NCBI GenBank assembly: GCA_029858285.1 | Contig: JAOUFN010000005.1 | Location: 75,294-139,293 of the forward strand | DNA from: Nitrospirota bacterium | GTDB lineage: Bacteria; Nitrospirota; JACRHL01 | Reading direction: 5' to 3' | DNA: 64,000 bases | Position numbers and translations under genes: made by a program | Shown: positions 1-11,362 of the stretch, piece by piece | Layout: each line of letters opens with the position of its first letter | Position numbering within the stretch: the stretch's first letter is position 1 | Notes under the pieces: generated by a model | The model's database searches: none | Seen by the model: only the letters and a program-made list of their open reading frames with translations | What the model was told of the DNA's origin: nothing

Positions 1-948
1 GATCGCCTCGCGGATCACCGGTGCGGAGTAGACGTTGCCGTCCAGCACAATGGCGAAACGCTTGCCCACGTTGTCCTGGGTCACCTGGGCGAAAATCTTG
101 GAACCGATGGCGTCAAATTCGATGGAGACCTGGGGCTCGTTGAACTGGTCGATGGAAACACGGGCGTCGGTGAGGGTGTCGCCGGTCAGCATGGCCCGCC
201 GCTGCAACGCATAGGGCTCGCGGTCGATTTCCAGCCCGGTCTCCCTGTCCACCACCTTGTGGTAGAGGATTTCATCCCCTTCCGGCAGTGGCGTGCCACT
301 ACCGATGGCGTACTCCTCATCCACCATGCGGAACTCGAGCAGCGCGGTCTTGCCGATCAGTTCGATGGCGCGATTGGGGTCGGCCACGCCGGGCAACTGC
401 ACGAGAATTTCGTCCGTCCCCTGCTGCTGGATAAGGGGTTCAGCTACGCCGAACTGGTCGATTCGGTTGCGGATGGTTTCCACCGCCTGGGTTACGGCGC
501 CCTTGCGGATACGCTCAGCTTCGTCGTCGCTCAGGGCCAGATGCACCGATGTGCCTTCCGGGGGCAGGGCCTCCCTGAGCATGCCGAAGCGTTTGCCGAT
601 CAACTCGCGCAGTTCGGCGCGGGCGGCTTCGGTGCCGTCGTTGGTGAAAATGACGTTCAACCCTTCACCGCGCTTGGCGCTGCCAACGAGTTTTTCCTCC
701 GATGCCACGCGGTTGAGGTTTTCGATGGTGCGATCAAGGTAATTGGTCACCGCGACTTCGCGTTCGACGCGCAACACGAGGTGAATGCCGCCCTGCAGGT
801 CCAGTCCCAGGGTGAGGCCCTCGCCCAGGCCGACGGCCTTTGTCCACCCCGGCAGTTTGTCGTTGTGGATGCTGGGCAGAAAGTAGAGCAGGGACAATAG
901 CGATACCAGAGAAATCGCAATCAGTCTGCCGCCAATAGATTTTTGCAT
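1..948 (-). CDS. secD: Protein translocase subunit SecD (N-terminal part; gene runs off the window start)
   Basis: Reverse-strand translation from ATG at 948 gives MQKSIGGRLIAISLVSLLSLLYFLPSIHNDKLPGW...IDQFGVAEPLIQQQGT, typical SecD. It lies downstream of yajC in the conserved tgt-yajC-secD order. The frame is open to position 1. Confidence 0.85.
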   Translation of the reverse strand, partial: MQKSIGGRLIAISLVSLLSLLYFLPSIHNDKLPGWTKAVGLGEGLTLGLDLQGGIHLVLRVEREVAVTNYLDRTIENLNRVASEEKLVGSAKRGEGLNVIFTNDGTEAARAELRELIGKRFGMLREALPPEGTSVHLALSDDEAERIRKGAVTQAVETIRNRIDQFGVAEPLIQQQGTDEILVQLPGVADPNRAIELIGKTALLEFRMVDEEYAIGSGTPLPEGDEILYHKVVDRETGLEIDREPYALQRRAMLTGDTLTDARVSIDQFNEPQVSIEFDAIGSKIFAQVTQDNVGKRFAIVLDGNVYSAPVIREAI

Positions 949-1008
949 ATTCAATTCCCAATCGGTCGGGATGGCCCGCCACTGGCATTATTCGCCGACT
1001 TCCGGCGG

Positions 1009-1374
1009 TTAATCCTTGCTGTCGCCTTCGCCGCCAAGGTCGCCCTGCATCACCATGACCTCGGCGCGCAGAATCTTCACCCGCACCCCCTCGGCGATCT
1101 GCAGGCTGACAATGTCACTGTGGACGTTCATCACCGTACCCAGGAGGCCACCGGTAGTGACGACTTTGTCGCCCTTCTGCAGACCTTCGATCAACTGACG
1201 GTGCTCCTTCTGGCGCTTCTGTTGCGGGCGCATCAGCAGCAACCAGAACAGGCCGAAGATGACGATGAACGGAACCATGCCGCCCAGAAAAGCGGCGGGT
1301 CCGCCGGGTTGTGCCCCCTCGGCCCCTTGGGCAAAGGCGGTGGCGGGGAGCAGAATCTGGCTCCAGTCAGGCAT
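1009..1374 (-). CDS. yajC: Preprotein translocase subunit YajC
   Basis: [20 protein letters not shown]...[47 protein letters not shown] is the YajC signature. The ATG at 1372-1374 overlaps the tgt stop. Confidence 0.85.
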   Translation of the reverse strand: MPDWSQILLPATAFAQGAEGAQPGGPAAFLGGMVPFIVIFGLFWLLLMRPQQKRQKEHRQLIEGLQKGDKVVTTGGLLGTVMNVHSDIVSLQIAEGVRVKILRAEVMVMQGDLGGEGDSKD

Positions 1375-2524
1375 CGGTGGTCTCCTGTTGGCTGGCGGTG
1401 TCAACCGCCTGCCGGTAAAAGGCGCCAAAGCGGCCCTCGCGGATGGCTGTGCGAATGGCGCGCATGAGCGCAAGATAGTGGTGCAGGTTGTGCACCGTGT
1501 TCAAGTGGTGGCCGAGAATCTCCCCGGCCAGGAACAGGTGGCGCAGGTAGGCGCGGGAAAAGTTACGGCAGGTGTAGCAGGAACATCCCGCTTCCACCGG
1601 TCGGGCGTCGTCGCGGAAGCGGGCGTTTTTGATATTGATGCGCCCCCAGCCACGGAACAGGGAGCCGGTGCGAGCGTGGCGGGTGGGCATCACGCAGTCG
1701 AACATGTCGAACCCTCGCGCCACCGCCTCCACCAGATCAATGGGTAGCCCCACCCCCATCAGGTAGCGGGGTGCGGATTCAGGCAGGTGTGGCTCCACGG
1801 CCTCCAGCACCTGGTGCATGAGTTCCTTGCCTTCCCCCACCGACAGGCCACCGACGGCGTAGCCGTCAAAGCCCATGTCCACGATGGCCTGGGCCGAGCG
1901 AACCCGGATGTCTGCCTCGAAACCACCCTGAACAATGCCGAACAGGGCCTGGCCAGAGGCCGCGCCGTGTATGCCGTGGGACGCTCTGGAGCGTGCCGCC
2001 CAGCGCAGCGAAAGCTCCATGGAGCGCTCCGTCGCGGCACGGTCCGCCGGGTATTTGAGGCACTCGTCGAAGATCATTGCGATGTCCGAGCCGAGGGCTG
2101 CCTGGATCTGCATGGACAGTTCTGGCGTCAGCAGGTGGCGGCTGCCGTCGATATGGCTGGCAAAGTGTACCCCCTCTTCCTCTACCTTGCGCAGGTCTCC
2201 CAGGCTGAATACCTGAAAGCCGCCACTGTCGGTGAGGATGGGTTTTTCCCAGGCCATAAAGCGGTGCAGGCCGCCAAGGCTGGCCACCAGATCGTGGCCG
2301 GGGCGCAGGTAAAGATGGTAGGTGTTGCCAAGAATGATCTCGGCGCCCAATTCCTCCAGATCGCGGGGGGTGACGGCCTTCACCGTGCCCTGGGTCCCCA
2401 CCGGCATGAACACCGGGGTCTGGATTGTGCCCCGGCCCAGACGCAGTGAGCCGGTGCGGGCGCGGGTGTCGGCACAACAGGCTTCCGGAGTGAACAACAG
2501 GGTAGTGGCGGCCAAGGCGGTCAC
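1367..2524 (-). CDS. tgt: Queuine tRNA-ribosyltransferase
   Basis: 385 aa with Tgt motifs [21 protein letters not shown] and [17 protein letters not shown] (zinc site). Confidence 0.95.
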   Translation of the reverse strand: MTALAATTLLFTPEACCADTRARTGSLRLGRGTIQTPVFMPVGTQGTVKAVTPRDLEELGAEIILGNTYHLYLRPGHDLVASLGGLHRFMAWEKPILTDSGGFQVFSLGDLRKVEEEGVHFASHIDGSRHLLTPELSMQIQAALGSDIAMIFDECLKYPADRAATERSMELSLRWAARSRASHGIHGAASGQALFGIVQGGFEADIRVRSAQAIVDMGFDGYAVGGLSVGEGKELMHQVLEAVEPHLPESAPRYLMGVGLPIDLVEAVARGFDMFDCVMPTRHARTGSLFRGWGRINIKNARFRDDARPVEAGCSCYTCRNFSRAYLRHLFLAGEILGHHLNTVHNLHHYLALMRAIRTAIREGRFGAFYRQAVDTASQQETTDA

Positions 2525-4206
2525 ATGCGCTCCGGGGCGCCGACACCCATCAGGGCCAGACCGTTATGGATGACTTGTCCCACCGCCGCCGCCAGCACCA
2601 GCCTGGCACGGGTGAGGGCAATATCGTCGCTGACGAAACGGTGCTTGTAGTAGTAGGAGTGAAAGCCCGCCGCCAGTTCCTGAAGATAGTAAGGGATGCG
2701 GTGCACTGCCAGTTCCGCACCGGCCTGCGCTACCACTTCGGGAAATTGGGTGATCTGCTTGATCAGGGCCAGTGTTTCGGCATCGGTCAGGGCTGAAAGA
2801 TCCCAATTGGCGGCGTCGGCGTAAACCTCGCGGCGGCCGAAACCGTGAGTCTCAAGGACCTTTCCGTAAAGTTGATGCACGCGGGCGTGGGCGTACTGCA
2901 CGTAGTACACCGGGTTATCCGCGGTCTGCGCCTTGGCGAGGGCCAGGTCGAACTCCAGCGGCGCGTCGCACTTGCGGGTGAGAAAGAAAAAGCGGGTGGC
3001 GTCCACGCCGATCTCGTCAGCGACCTCGGCCAGGGTGATGAACTCTCCGGAGCGGGTAGACATGGCCACCGGCTGGCCATCGCGCAGCAGGGACACCAAT
3101 TGAACCAGTACCACGGTGAGGGCTTCCGGATCGTGGCCGAGCATGGTGCAGCACGCCTTCATGCGCTGGATGTAACCGTGGTGGTCGGCACCCCACACAT
3201 CGATCAGTCGCTGGTAGCCGCGGGAGAATTTCTCCTTGTGGTAGGCCACGTCGGAGGCAAAATAGGTCGTCACGCCGTTGGCGCGCACCATCACCCGGTC
3301 CTTGTCGTCACCGTGGCGGGTGGTGGCCAGCCACACGGCGCCGTCCTTTTCGTAGGCTTTTTCCGCGGCCAGCAGGTCGGCGATGGCGGACTGCACCGGG
3401 GTAGGGGCACCTTGATAGAGGTCACGCTCCGAGAACCACTGATCGAAGTGGATGCCGAAGCGGTTCAGTTCGGTGCGGATGTCATCCAGGATGGTTTCGT
3501 ACGCACGGGTGGAGAACCGGGGCAGCCATTCGGCCTCCGGGGTGTCCGCGTGAGCCTCGCCGTCCGTATCCAGAATGCGGCGGGCGATGTCGCGGATGTA
3601 ATCGCCCTGGTAATGATTTTCCGGCAGGTCTACCTTACGGCCCAGTAACTGACAGTAGCGCACATGGGTGGAACGTCCAAGGATGTTCATCTGGTTGCCC
3701 ACGTTGTTGACGTAGTATTCGCGATCCACCCGGTGGCCGTTGGCAGTCAGCAGCCGCGCCACCGCGTCACCCACTACCGCGCCGCGTCCGTGGCCCACAT
3801 GCAGGGGACCGGTGGGGTTGGCGGAGACGAATTCCACCAGCACCCGTTGGCCGCCATCTGTGGAGTGATGACCGTAGCGGTCCCCGGCGGCCAGGATATC
3901 GAGAAGTTGCCGGGTCCAGTACCCCGGTGCCAGATGAATGTTGATGTAGCCTGGTCCGGCCACCTCAACTTTTGAAATCAGGTCGGTTGGCCAACTGATG
4001 TGGGCCGCAGCGGCGATGGACACTTCGCGCGGGGGGCGTTTGGCCTGACGCGCCAGGGCCAGGGCCAACGGGCACGCCACATCACCGTGGGCCGCCTGCT
4101 TGGGGGCCTCCAGAATGACCGGGGGCAACTCGTCGTAGCTCAGTTCACCGGCCTTTTTGGCGGCTTCGAAAGCGTCCCGGATAATGTCTGTGAGTTGCGC
4201 TGCCAT
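2521..4206 (-). CDS. argS: Arginine--tRNA ligase
   Basis: 561 aa. A class I HIGH-like motif ([14 protein letters not shown]) and the overall ArgS architecture. It overlaps the tgt start by 4 nt. Confidence 0.95.
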   Translation of the reverse strand: MAAQLTDIIRDAFEAAKKAGELSYDELPPVILEAPKQAAHGDVACPLALALARQAKRPPREVSIAAAAHISWPTDLISKVEVAGPGYINIHLAPGYWTRQLLDILAAGDRYGHHSTDGGQRVLVEFVSANPTGPLHVGHGRGAVVGDAVARLLTANGHRVDREYYVNNVGNQMNILGRSTHVRYCQLLGRKVDLPENHYQGDYIRDIARRILDTDGEAHADTPEAEWLPRFSTRAYETILDDIRTELNRFGIHFDQWFSERDLYQGAPTPVQSAIADLLAAEKAYEKDGAVWLATTRHGDDKDRVMVRANGVTTYFASDVAYHKEKFSRGYQRLIDVWGADHHGYIQRMKACCTMLGHDPEALTVVLVQLVSLLRDGQPVAMSTRSGEFITLAEVADEIGVDATRFFFLTRKCDAPLEFDLALAKAQTADNPVYYVQYAHARVHQLYGKVLETHGFGRREVYADAANWDLSALTDAETLALIKQITQFPEVVAQAGAELAVHRIPYYLQELAAGFHSYYYKHRFVSDDIALTRARLVLAAAVGQVIHNGLALMGVGAPERM

Positions 4207-4443
4207 CTATTCTGCCGAAGAAACTGCGAAACATAAGAGATTGTGGCTGGAAAAGTCAATTGACCGCCTTTACTGCGGATTTGTTCCGACACGTACTCGG
4301 ACTGGTGTCCCGGCTTGATCCTTGAGCGTCTCAAGGCTCGGCCCCATAATGGGAAACACGGTGGGGTGGTGTTTGGCCGTGGGTGGATCGCGGGGGGCGG
4401 TCCTTTTTTTTGGCGCAATGGGCCCGGTGTGGAGGCGTGTTAA

Positions 4444-6504
4444 GTGTCCGATTCGAAAAACCGGCTGGGGGAGGAAACCAGCCCCTATCTGCTGCAACAT
4501 GCCGACAACCCGGTGCATTGGCAACCCTGGGGGGAAGAGGCGCTGGAGCGGGCGCGCACCGAAAATATGCCGATCTTCCTGTCCATCGGCTACAGCGCCT
4601 GTCACTGGTGCCATGTCATGGCACATGAGTCGTTCGAGGACGCCGCCACCGCCGAGGTGATGAACCGTCACTTCGTAAACATCAAGGTGGACCGCGAGGA
4701 GCGGCCCGATCTTGACCACATCTATCAAACCGCCTATCAACTGCTGGCGGGGCGCGGCGGTGGCTGGCCGTTGTCCATGTTCCTGACCCCGGGGCTGGAG
4801 CCCTTCTGGGGTGGCACCTACTTTCCCAACGTGCCGCGCTACGGCATGCCCGCCTTCCGCGACATGCTGCTGGCGGTGGCCCGCACCTGGGAGGACAAAC
4901 CGGAAGACGTGCGTCACAATGCTGTCTCCCTGCGCGCTGGCTTGGCCAGTATGAATGTGGCCCACGGCTCCGAGGCAGCCCTCACGGACGGTCTGCTGGA
5001 ACAGGCGGCAGTGCGTTTGACTGGCAACTTCGACCCGACCTGGGGAGGTTTTGGTCAGGCCCCCAAATTTCCCTCCACCATGGCTCTCCAGTTCCTGCTG
5101 CGGCGCTGGTACCGTACCGGCAATGAAACCACGTTGCATGTGGTCACCCACAGCCTCGCCAAAATGGCTCAAGGGGGTATTTACGACCACCTGGCAGGGG
5201 GCTTTGCCCGCTATTCGGTGGACGAAAAATGGCTGGTGCCCCATTTCGAAAAAATGCTTTACGACAACGCCTTGCTGATTGGCCTCTATACCGATGCCTG
5301 GCGTGCCACCGGGAACCCCCTGTTCGCCCGCGTGGTGAGGGAGAGCCTTGACTATGTGATCCGCGACATGGGCGCCCCTGACGGCGGCTTTTGCGCAGCC
5401 CAGGATGCGGATAGTGAAGGGGAGGAGGGCAAGTACTACGTGTGGCGGCCCGGAGAGATCGAGGAGGTGGTAGGGGCCGCCGACGCGCCCCTGTTCATGT
5501 CGTATTACAGTGTTAGCGACGCCGGCAACTTCGAAGGTCAGAACATTCTGTGGGTCACCGAGCCGCTGGAGGAGGTGGCCGCCCAGTTCGGTCTGTCCGC
5601 CGAGGCGGCGGAGGCGCGCCTGGCCGGTGCTCGCACGCGGCTGCTGGCAAGGCGCGGAAACCGGGTGCCACCGGGACGTGATGACAAAGTCATCACCTCG
5701 TGGAACGGTCTCATGATCGGCGCCCTCGCGCGGGGATACGGCGCCTTCGGTGAGGAACGCTGGCTGTCTGCCGCCGAGGCCGCCGCCGATTTCCTCCTGA
5801 CGCGTCTTACTGTTGATGGACGTCTGCTGCGCTGCTACCGGGACGGCCGCGCGCGCTTTGCCGCCTATCTGGATGACTATGCATTTCTGGCAGATGGCCT
5901 GCTGGAACTGTACGTCGCCAGTGGACACCCTCGGTGGCTGAAGGAATCGTGTCGGCTGATGGCGGAAGTACGAGAACACTTTGCCGCCCCCACCGGAGGG
6001 TTCTATTTTACCGCCGACGACCATGAGGAACTGGTGGCACGTACCTTTGCCGGTATGGATCAGTCTATTCCGTCCGGCAATGCGGTGGCCGCCCGCTGTA
6101 TGGTGCGGCTGCATCACCTGACCGGAGAGAGCGTCGATCTGGAGGCTGCCGAGCGGACCGTTCGTGCCTTCCTCACTCACGCGGTCTCGCAGCCTCTGGG
6201 TTACTCCGCCTTGTTGGAAGCGCTGGACGAACTGGTGCATCCGCCGCGTACCGTGGCGTTGGTGGCGGAACCGGGGGACGATACCCCGGGTGACTGGCAG
6301 GCCAGGCTGGGGCGCCGTTATTTGCCGGATGTGCTTTTGCAACGTCTGACGGTTGGAATCAATCCGGTGCCGCCGGTCCTGGAGGGCAAGGGGACGGTGA
6401 ATGGTCGGGCGGCGGCCTACGTCTGCCACGCAGGCACCTGCTCCGCCCCGGTGACGGATTTTGACGCCCTTGCCGCCGGGCTGGCCGCAGGGGGCTCCGG
6501 GTAA
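4444..6504 (+). CDS. Thioredoxin-domain protein, DUF255/YyaL family (N-acylglucosamine 2-epimerase-like C-terminal domain)
   Basis: GTG start. The N-terminus [18 protein letters not shown] is the thioredoxin-like CxxC fold of DUF255. The large C-terminal region is six-hairpin glycosidase-like. Confidence 0.8.
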   Translation: MSDSKNRLGEETSPYLLQHADNPVHWQPWGEEALERARTENMPIFLSIGYSACHWCHVMAHESFEDAATAEVMNRHFVNIKVDREERPDLDHIYQTAYQLLAGRGGGWPLSMFLTPGLEPFWGGTYFPNVPRYGMPAFRDMLLAVARTWEDKPEDVRHNAVSLRAGLASMNVAHGSEAALTDGLLEQAAVRLTGNFDPTWGGFGQAPKFPSTMALQFLLRRWYRTGNETTLHVVTHSLAKMAQGGIYDHLAGGFARYSVDEKWLVPHFEKMLYDNALLIGLYTDAWRATGNPLFARVVRESLDYVIRDMGAPDGGFCAAQDADSEGEEGKYYVWRPGEIEEVVGAADAPLFMSYYSVSDAGNFEGQNILWVTEPLEEVAAQFGLSAEAAEARLAGARTRLLARRGNRVPPGRDDKVITSWNGLMIGALARGYGAFGEERWLSAAEAAADFLLTRLTVDGRLLRCYRDGRARFAAYLDDYAFLADGLLELYVASGHPRWLKESCRLMAEVREHFAAPTGGFYFTADDHEELVARTFAGMDQSIPSGNAVAARCMVRLHHLTGESVDLEAAERTVRAFLTHAVSQPLGYSALLEALDELVHPPRTVALVAEPGDDTPGDWQARLGRRYLPDVLLQRLTVGINPVPPVLEGKGTVNGRAAAYVCHAGTCSAPVTDFDALAAGLAAGGSG

Positions 6505-6610
6505 CTGTCACTACCGGAATACTGGGCAGGGGCCTGGCAAACCGGTATCATGCGGTGCAGCGTGTCGGGCTGCCCGATGGCAGATTTTCCGACAGCAGAT
6601 TTCCCGAAAG

Positions 6611-7453
6611 ATGATTGGCGGCATGGCCGGTGCGTTTCTGATTTTGTTGCGGGAGGGGCTGGAAGCCGCCCTGGTGGTGGGCATCATCCTTGCCGTGGTG
6701 GTGCGCCTGGGGCAGCCACGGTACGAACGCCATGTGTTTGGCGGCGTGGCTGCGGCTGTGATGGCCAGCGTGCTGTTCGCACTTGCCGCCGATGGCGTAG
6801 GCGGACTGTTTGGCGGCGCCGGACAGGAGGTGCTGAACGGTATTGTGCTGATGCTGGCCGCCGCCATGCTCTCTTATGTGGTGGTGTGGTTGCGCTCCAG
6901 CCGCCACGCACTACGCGAGAAAATCACTGAAAAGGTCCACCGGCAGGTGGGGGCCCGCGGTCTGGGGGTGTTTATGCTGGCGTTCCTTTCGGTGTTCCGT
7001 GAGGGGGTCGAATCGGTTCTATTCTTGTGGGGCATTCTGCTCGGGAGCGGTGACGACATGGCGGGGGTGCTCACCGGCGCCGGACTTGGGCTAGCCTCCG
7101 CCGTGCTGCTGGCGTGGGTGGTGTTTCAGGGGGGGAGGCGCGTGCCTCTGGCGACCTTTTTCAACGTCACCACTGGACTGTTAGTACTGCTGGCTGCGGG
7201 TATGCTGGCCAAGGGGGTGGGGTATTGGGTGACGGTAGACTGGCTGCCGGCCCTGTCCTACGCCGTGTGGGATACGGGGGAGGTGCTTCCGGAGCGCTCC
7301 GGACTGGGTGCCGTGCTGACCGTGCTGATCGGCTATAACTCCAGCCCTACATTGCTGGAAGTGCTGGTCTATACGGGGTATTTGGCCTTGGTCGGTGTTT
7401 GGCTGGCATGGGGGGACAAATCCTCGCCTGCCGACTTGCGCCGCTCGACCTGA
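6611..7453 (+). CDS. FTR1/EfeU-family high-affinity iron permease
   Basis: Two RExxE motifs (LREGLEAALVV and FREGVESVLFLWG) and a multi-TM hydrophobic profile. The start was chosen at MIGGMAGAFL; the upstream in-frame extension overlaps the DUF255 gene. Confidence 0.7.
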   Translation: MIGGMAGAFLILLREGLEAALVVGIILAVVVRLGQPRYERHVFGGVAAAVMASVLFALAADGVGGLFGGAGQEVLNGIVLMLAAAMLSYVVVWLRSSRHALREKITEKVHRQVGARGLGVFMLAFLSVFREGVESVLFLWGILLGSGDDMAGVLTGAGLGLASAVLLAWVVFQGGRRVPLATFFNVTTGLLVLLAAGMLAKGVGYWVTVDWLPALSYAVWDTGEVLPERSGLGAVLTVLIGYNSSPTLLEVLVYTGYLALVGVWLAWGDKSSPADLRRST

Positions 7454-7546
7454 GCGGCTTGTCGCGGGGCGGTTGCTTGATGGCGTGCCACCCGTTGGAT
7501 GATCGGGGGGCGCTGATCGCCAAGTGTCGCAGCGGGCCGTGCCCGC

Positions 7547-8485
7547 CTAGAACACGGATACGTTGATGTATTTTTTTGGATTTTCCTCGAAATCCTTGAC
7601 CAGCTTGCGCATGTCGCGCAGCAGGGCGGCCAGTTCTACCGCAATGGCATCGTTGTTGACGACCGTGCCGACCGTGCCATCGCCCTTGTCTATTTTGCCC
7701 AAAACCGAGTCCAGGCGGGCCATGGCGGAATTCAGATGCTCGAACGGCTCCGGGTTTTCGGCCAGCCGTTTGAGGGTGCCGTCGGGAGCCAGCAGGGTGG
7801 TGTTGAGGTCCTTGCCCAGGGTGGTGAAGCTGCTGGCGGCGTTACGCAATTCACGGGCTGTGGCTGACAGTTCTTCCGCAGTCCGGTTCATGCTGCGGGT
7901 GGCGTCGCGCGCCGAATTGTAGAGGGCCGGGTCGGTCATCATGCGACCGATGGTGCCCTCACCGCTACGCATCTGCCGGGTCAGGGCAGTCAATTCCACC
8001 ACCAGATCGTTGAGGCGTGTGGTCATGTCCTTGGCCTGGCCCATGATGTTCTCGAAATCGGCGCTGCCGTTGTCGGCGACGATGACGGCTGCGGTTTCCA
8101 CCTGCGGGGTATCTGGGCTTCCCGGGGCGAGTTCCACATATTTGTCGCCCAGCAATCCTTGAGAGCCGAGGGAGGCGATGGCATCGGCGTGGATGTCTTG
8201 CCGGTGGTTTTCGTACACCCGCATTTCCACCCGCACCCCCTGGGTGCCCACCCGCTCCAGGGAAAGGCGGGTGACACTGCCGACACGCACTCCGGAGAGC
8301 ATCACCAGCGCCCCAGGTTTGAGCCCGGAGACTTTCTGCATGTCGGTGTACATGGGGAAGGTGGGGCGGAAAAATTCACGGATGCCGGTGAAAGAGACGA
8401 CGCCGACAGTGCCGATCAGGAGTGCGGACACCAGCAGGATGCCCACCTTCAATTCGGACCATGCCAGATTGGTACTGCGTTTCAT
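7547..8485 (-). CDS. MCE-family (MlaD-like) substrate-binding component of a lipid ABC transporter
   Basis: N-terminal TM helix (LKVGILLVSALLIGTVGVV) followed by an MCE domain. It lies directly downstream of the MlaF-like ATPase and MlaE-like permease. Confidence 0.8.
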   Translation of the reverse strand: MKRSTNLAWSELKVGILLVSALLIGTVGVVSFTGIREFFRPTFPMYTDMQKVSGLKPGALVMLSGVRVGSVTRLSLERVGTQGVRVEMRVYENHRQDIHADAIASLGSQGLLGDKYVELAPGSPDTPQVETAAVIVADNGSADFENIMGQAKDMTTRLNDLVVELTALTRQMRSGEGTIGRMMTDPALYNSARDATRSMNRTAEELSATARELRNAASSFTTLGKDLNTTLLAPDGTLKRLAENPEPFEHLNSAMARLDSVLGKIDKGDGTVGTVVNNDAIAVELAALLRDMRKLVKDFEENPKKYINVSVF

Positions 8486-8518
8486 GCGCTGCGAGCTTCC
8501 TTATCGCCTGCGGGGATT

Positions 8519-9241
8519 TTACGCCAGAAAGCGCTTGATGTAGGGGTCTTCATTGGCGAACAGTCCATCGCGGTCCCCCTGGTAGAGGATGTTGCCATCC
8601 TGGAACACCACGATGTGGTCGGCCACCTTGAAGGCGTCGCGCAGTCGGTGGGTGACCATGATCGAGGTCAGATGCTTGCGCTGCGCCACCTTGCGGATCA
8701 ACTCGCAGACGGTATCGGCGGTAATCGGATCCAGACCGCTGGTGGGTTCGTCATAGAGCATGATTTCCAGGTCGAACCCGGCCAGTGCTCGGGCGACAGC
8801 CACGCGGCGGCGCATGCCGCCGGAGAGTTCGTCGGGCAACAGGTCGAGGGTGTGTTCCAGCTCCACGAATTCCAGTTGGCGGCGGGTGCGGGCCTCAATC
8901 TCCTCCTCCGGCAACTGCATCAGTTCGCGCATCATGAAACTGACGTTCTCGCCCACGGTCAGGGAGTCGAACAGGGCACCGTCCTGGAACACCACGCCCA
9001 TGCGGCGGCGGATGGGGATTAAATCACGCTCCGCCAAGGGCACGATGTCTACGCCATCCACCAGTACTCGTCCGTGTTGTGGCCGGTTGAGACCCAACAA
9101 CACATGCAGCAGGGTGGTCTTGCCGGAGCCGGAGGCGCCCAGCAGGGCCACCGACTGCCCCTGGGGGATTTCCAGGGTAACTCCGTGTAGCACCTCGGTG
9201 CCGTCGGGATAGGAAAATCGAACGTCTTCGAACCGTATCAT
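8519..9241 (-). CDS. ABC transporter ATP-binding protein, MlaF-like
   Basis: Walker A GASGSGKTTL, signature LSGGMRRRVAVARAL and Walker B LYDEPTSGLD. The real start is MIRFEDVRFSY (ATG at 9241), which overlaps the permease stop as ATGA. Confidence 0.85.
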   Translation of the reverse strand: MIRFEDVRFSYPDGTEVLHGVTLEIPQGQSVALLGASGSGKTTLLHVLLGLNRPQHGRVLVDGVDIVPLAERDLIPIRRRMGVVFQDGALFDSLTVGENVSFMMRELMQLPEEEIEARTRRQLEFVELEHTLDLLPDELSGGMRRRVAVARALAGFDLEIMLYDEPTSGLDPITADTVCELIRKVAQRKHLTSIMVTHRLRDAFKVADHIVVFQDGNILYQGDRDGLFANEDPYIKRFLA

Positions 9242-10041
9242 GCCCAGCCCAGTGCTTTGAGTACCAGGTACCCGACCAGAAAGTTGAACACCAGAACCAG
9301 AATGCTGGCCTTCACTACCGCCTGCGTGGTGGCGCGCCCCAGGCCACGGGTTCCGCCTTCGGTAAGCAACCCGACGCTGCACCCCGTCACACCGATGATG
9401 ATGGCGAACACGAACGGCTTGATGAGGCCGCCCAGTAGGTTTTGTACGGTCAGGCCCTGGTCTACCCCCGCCCAGTAGGTGGCGGCGCTCAGCTTGGCCA
9501 CCACCATGGCCACTCCGGCCCCGCCCAGCACGGCAATGGCGTCGGCCATCAGGGTCAACACCGGCAGCATGATGAACACGGCCACCACCCGGGGCATCAC
9601 CAGCTTGGAGATGGGATCGACACCCATCACCCGCAGGGCGTCCACCTGCCGTCCGATCTGCATTGAACCCAGTTCCGAGGCGATTCCGGCGCAGACCCGA
9701 CCGGCTACCATCAAGGCGGTGAGTACCGGCCCCATTTCACGCACGATGGAGACAGTGACCATCTTGCCCAGATAGCCCTGGGCGCCAAAAACCGCCATTT
9801 CCACGCCAAATTGCATGCTCATGGCCATGCCCGCAAACAGGCCGGTGAGGGCGGTGATGCCGAAGGAGTCGGCGCCCAGCATTTCCATCTGTTCCAATAT
9901 GTCCCGCCCCCGCCGGGGCACGTCGCGCAGGTGGCGGATGGTGCCGATCAGCAGCAGCACGGCGTGCTGCACTTCAAACAGTGCGCCTTTAAGTTTTCCG
10001 ATGAGGAAATCCAGCATGGCGTCAGCTACGGCCGTCCGCAC
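9238..10041 (-). CDS. ABC transporter permease, MlaE-like
   Basis: A 267 aa polytopic membrane protein with the MlaE/Ttg2B-like profile. It is upstream of the ATPase and MCE genes, giving an E-F-D gene order. Confidence 0.85.
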   Translation of the reverse strand: MRTAVADAMLDFLIGKLKGALFEVQHAVLLLIGTIRHLRDVPRRGRDILEQMEMLGADSFGITALTGLFAGMAMSMQFGVEMAVFGAQGYLGKMVTVSIVREMGPVLTALMVAGRVCAGIASELGSMQIGRQVDALRVMGVDPISKLVMPRVVAVFIMLPVLTLMADAIAVLGGAGVAMVVAKLSAATYWAGVDQGLTVQNLLGGLIKPFVFAIIIGVTGCSVGLLTEGGTRGLGRATTQAVVKASILVLVFNFLVGYLVLKALGWA

Positions 10042-10244
10042 GCCGGGCGGGGGAGGGGGGCGAGGGCACTTTCATTCCGGGTATTGTATGGATTTTGCTT
10101 CCCTGCGCCACACTGACACGGAATCTGTCTGAAATGGCAGTCGGAGCGGATACCGGGCAAAGTGCCGACATAGGGTGCCAGGACCGGTTACCGGAAATGC
10201 GGGTGGCATACACCGGAGGGCTGCCGGAGCCACTACCCGATGAG

Positions 10245-10282
10245 GTGGCCGGTCCACGGCAACAACCGCGTGGACCGGCCAC
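10245..10282 (-). other. Perfect 14-bp inverted repeat (GTGGCCGGTCCACG / CGTGGACCGGCCAC, 10-nt loop) 13 nt downstream of the peroxiredoxin stop
   Basis: Read directly from the sequence; every base pair of the 14-bp stem was verified. No T-run follows on the minus strand. It is probably an RNA-stabilising or attenuating stem-loop rather than a classic intrinsic terminator. Confidence 0.5.
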
Positions 10283-10295
10283 TGGCAGCCGGGCA

Positions 10296-10880
10296 CTAGC
10301 CGTGTTTCTTGAAGTATTTCTTGGATTTTTCCGTATCCGGTGACATGGTGTCGTCGCCGGGCTTCCAGTCGGCGGGACACACTTCGCCGTGCTTTTCCAC
10401 GAACTGGAAGGCCTGGATGATGCGCAGCGCCTCATCCACGTTACGGCCTACCGGCAGATCGTTGACCGTGGAGTGGCGCACGATGCCCTTGGGGTCGATG
10501 ATAAAGGTGCCGCGCAGAGCGATTCCACCGTCCAGCAATACCCCGTAATCGCGGGAAACCTGCTTGGTCAGGTCGGCCAGGATGGGGATGTGCATTTCCC
10601 CCAGACCGCCGTCGGCGCGGGAGGTGTTGACCCACGCCAGGTGGGTGAACTGGCTGTCCACGGAGCAGGCGATGGCCTGGGCCCCCACCTTGGAAAGTTC
10701 TGCCTGCTTCTCGGAGTAGGCGATGATTTCGGTGGGACAGACAAAGGTGAAGTCCAGGGGGTAGAAGAACAGTACCACCCACTTGCCCTTGTAGTCGGCA
10801 AGGGAGATTTCCTTGAAAGTTTTGTCCGGCATCAGGGCGGTGGCCTTGAACGCGGGAGCCTGGCTGGTTACTTGCGGCAT
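10296..10880 (-). CDS. 2-Cys peroxiredoxin (AhpC/Prx1 family)
   Basis: [15 protein letters not shown] (peroxidatic Cys) and [10 protein letters not shown] (resolving Cys). 194 aa. Confidence 0.9.
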   Translation of the reverse strand: MPQVTSQAPAFKATALMPDKTFKEISLADYKGKWVVLFFYPLDFTFVCPTEIIAYSEKQAELSKVGAQAIACSVDSQFTHLAWVNTSRADGGLGEMHIPILADLTKQVSRDYGVLLDGGIALRGTFIIDPKGIVRHSTVNDLPVGRNVDEALRIIQAFQFVEKHGEVCPADWKPGDDTMSPDTEKSKKYFKKHG

Positions 10881-11025
10881 GGCGAACTGTCTCCTGTCAT
10901 GAGCGGGTGATGGGACCGGGACATTCCGGTCCGTGGTATTCCCGGGCAGGTCGGGGCGGCGTACTGCCTCCGCTCTGCGCCGTTGTTGATGCCGTGTGCA
11001 TGGCGCCGAATCGGGCCGATGCGCC

Positions 11026-11274
11026 TTATTTGGTCTTGCGAACCAGCCCGGTGAACACCGTGCCGTCCTGGGTGAGTGCCACCAGTTCGTTGCCGGTAGT
11101 TTTGCACCAGGCCGGAAGGTCGGCCTGGATACCGGCGTCGTCGGACTTGACCGCCAACATCTGGCCAGTCTGGATCTTTTTGATTTCGCGAGCGGTCATG
11201 ATGATCGGCATGGGGCAATACAGCCCGATGGCGTCCACAGTGACATCGGCTTGCATGGTGTTGGTCCCTCCCAT
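11026..11274 (-). CDS. TusA-family sulfurtransferase
   Basis: CPxP motif ([10 protein letters not shown]) in a ~80 aa protein. The start is uncertain ([11 protein letters not shown] or MQADV). The listed 111-aa ORF has an atypical N-terminal extension. Confidence 0.7.
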   Translation of the reverse strand: MGGTNTMQADVTVDAIGLYCPMPIIMTAREIKKIQTGQMLAVKSDDAGIQADLPAWCKTTGNELVALTQDGTVFTGLVRKTK

Positions 11275-11362
11275 CGGTATCTCCTCCCGGTCTTCGGTGT
11301 GAACTGTGCGAACCGTTGACGCGAACTGCCCGTGGCGTACGGACTTCCGGCGGCGGAACAAG

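Noticed and set aside
4380-4412. T8 run upstream of the DUF255 gene as an attenuator or terminator
   Set aside because: I could not pair a convincing GC stem immediately 5' of the T-run. It is probably just a U-rich leader.
4270-6429. 719-aa ORF on the minus strand
   Set aside because: It is antisense to the well-supported DUF255/thioredoxin gene (4444-6504 +). It has no recognisable domains, and its Arg/Pro/Gly-rich composition is typical of wrong-frame high-GC ORFs. Other long track ORFs were rejected for the same reason: 12360-14297 -, 14087-15787 -, 21265-22326 +, 30944-32323 +, 43764-46322 +, 48788-49987 +, 54402-55478 +, 57245-59092 -, and 42051-43670 + except its final 207 nt.
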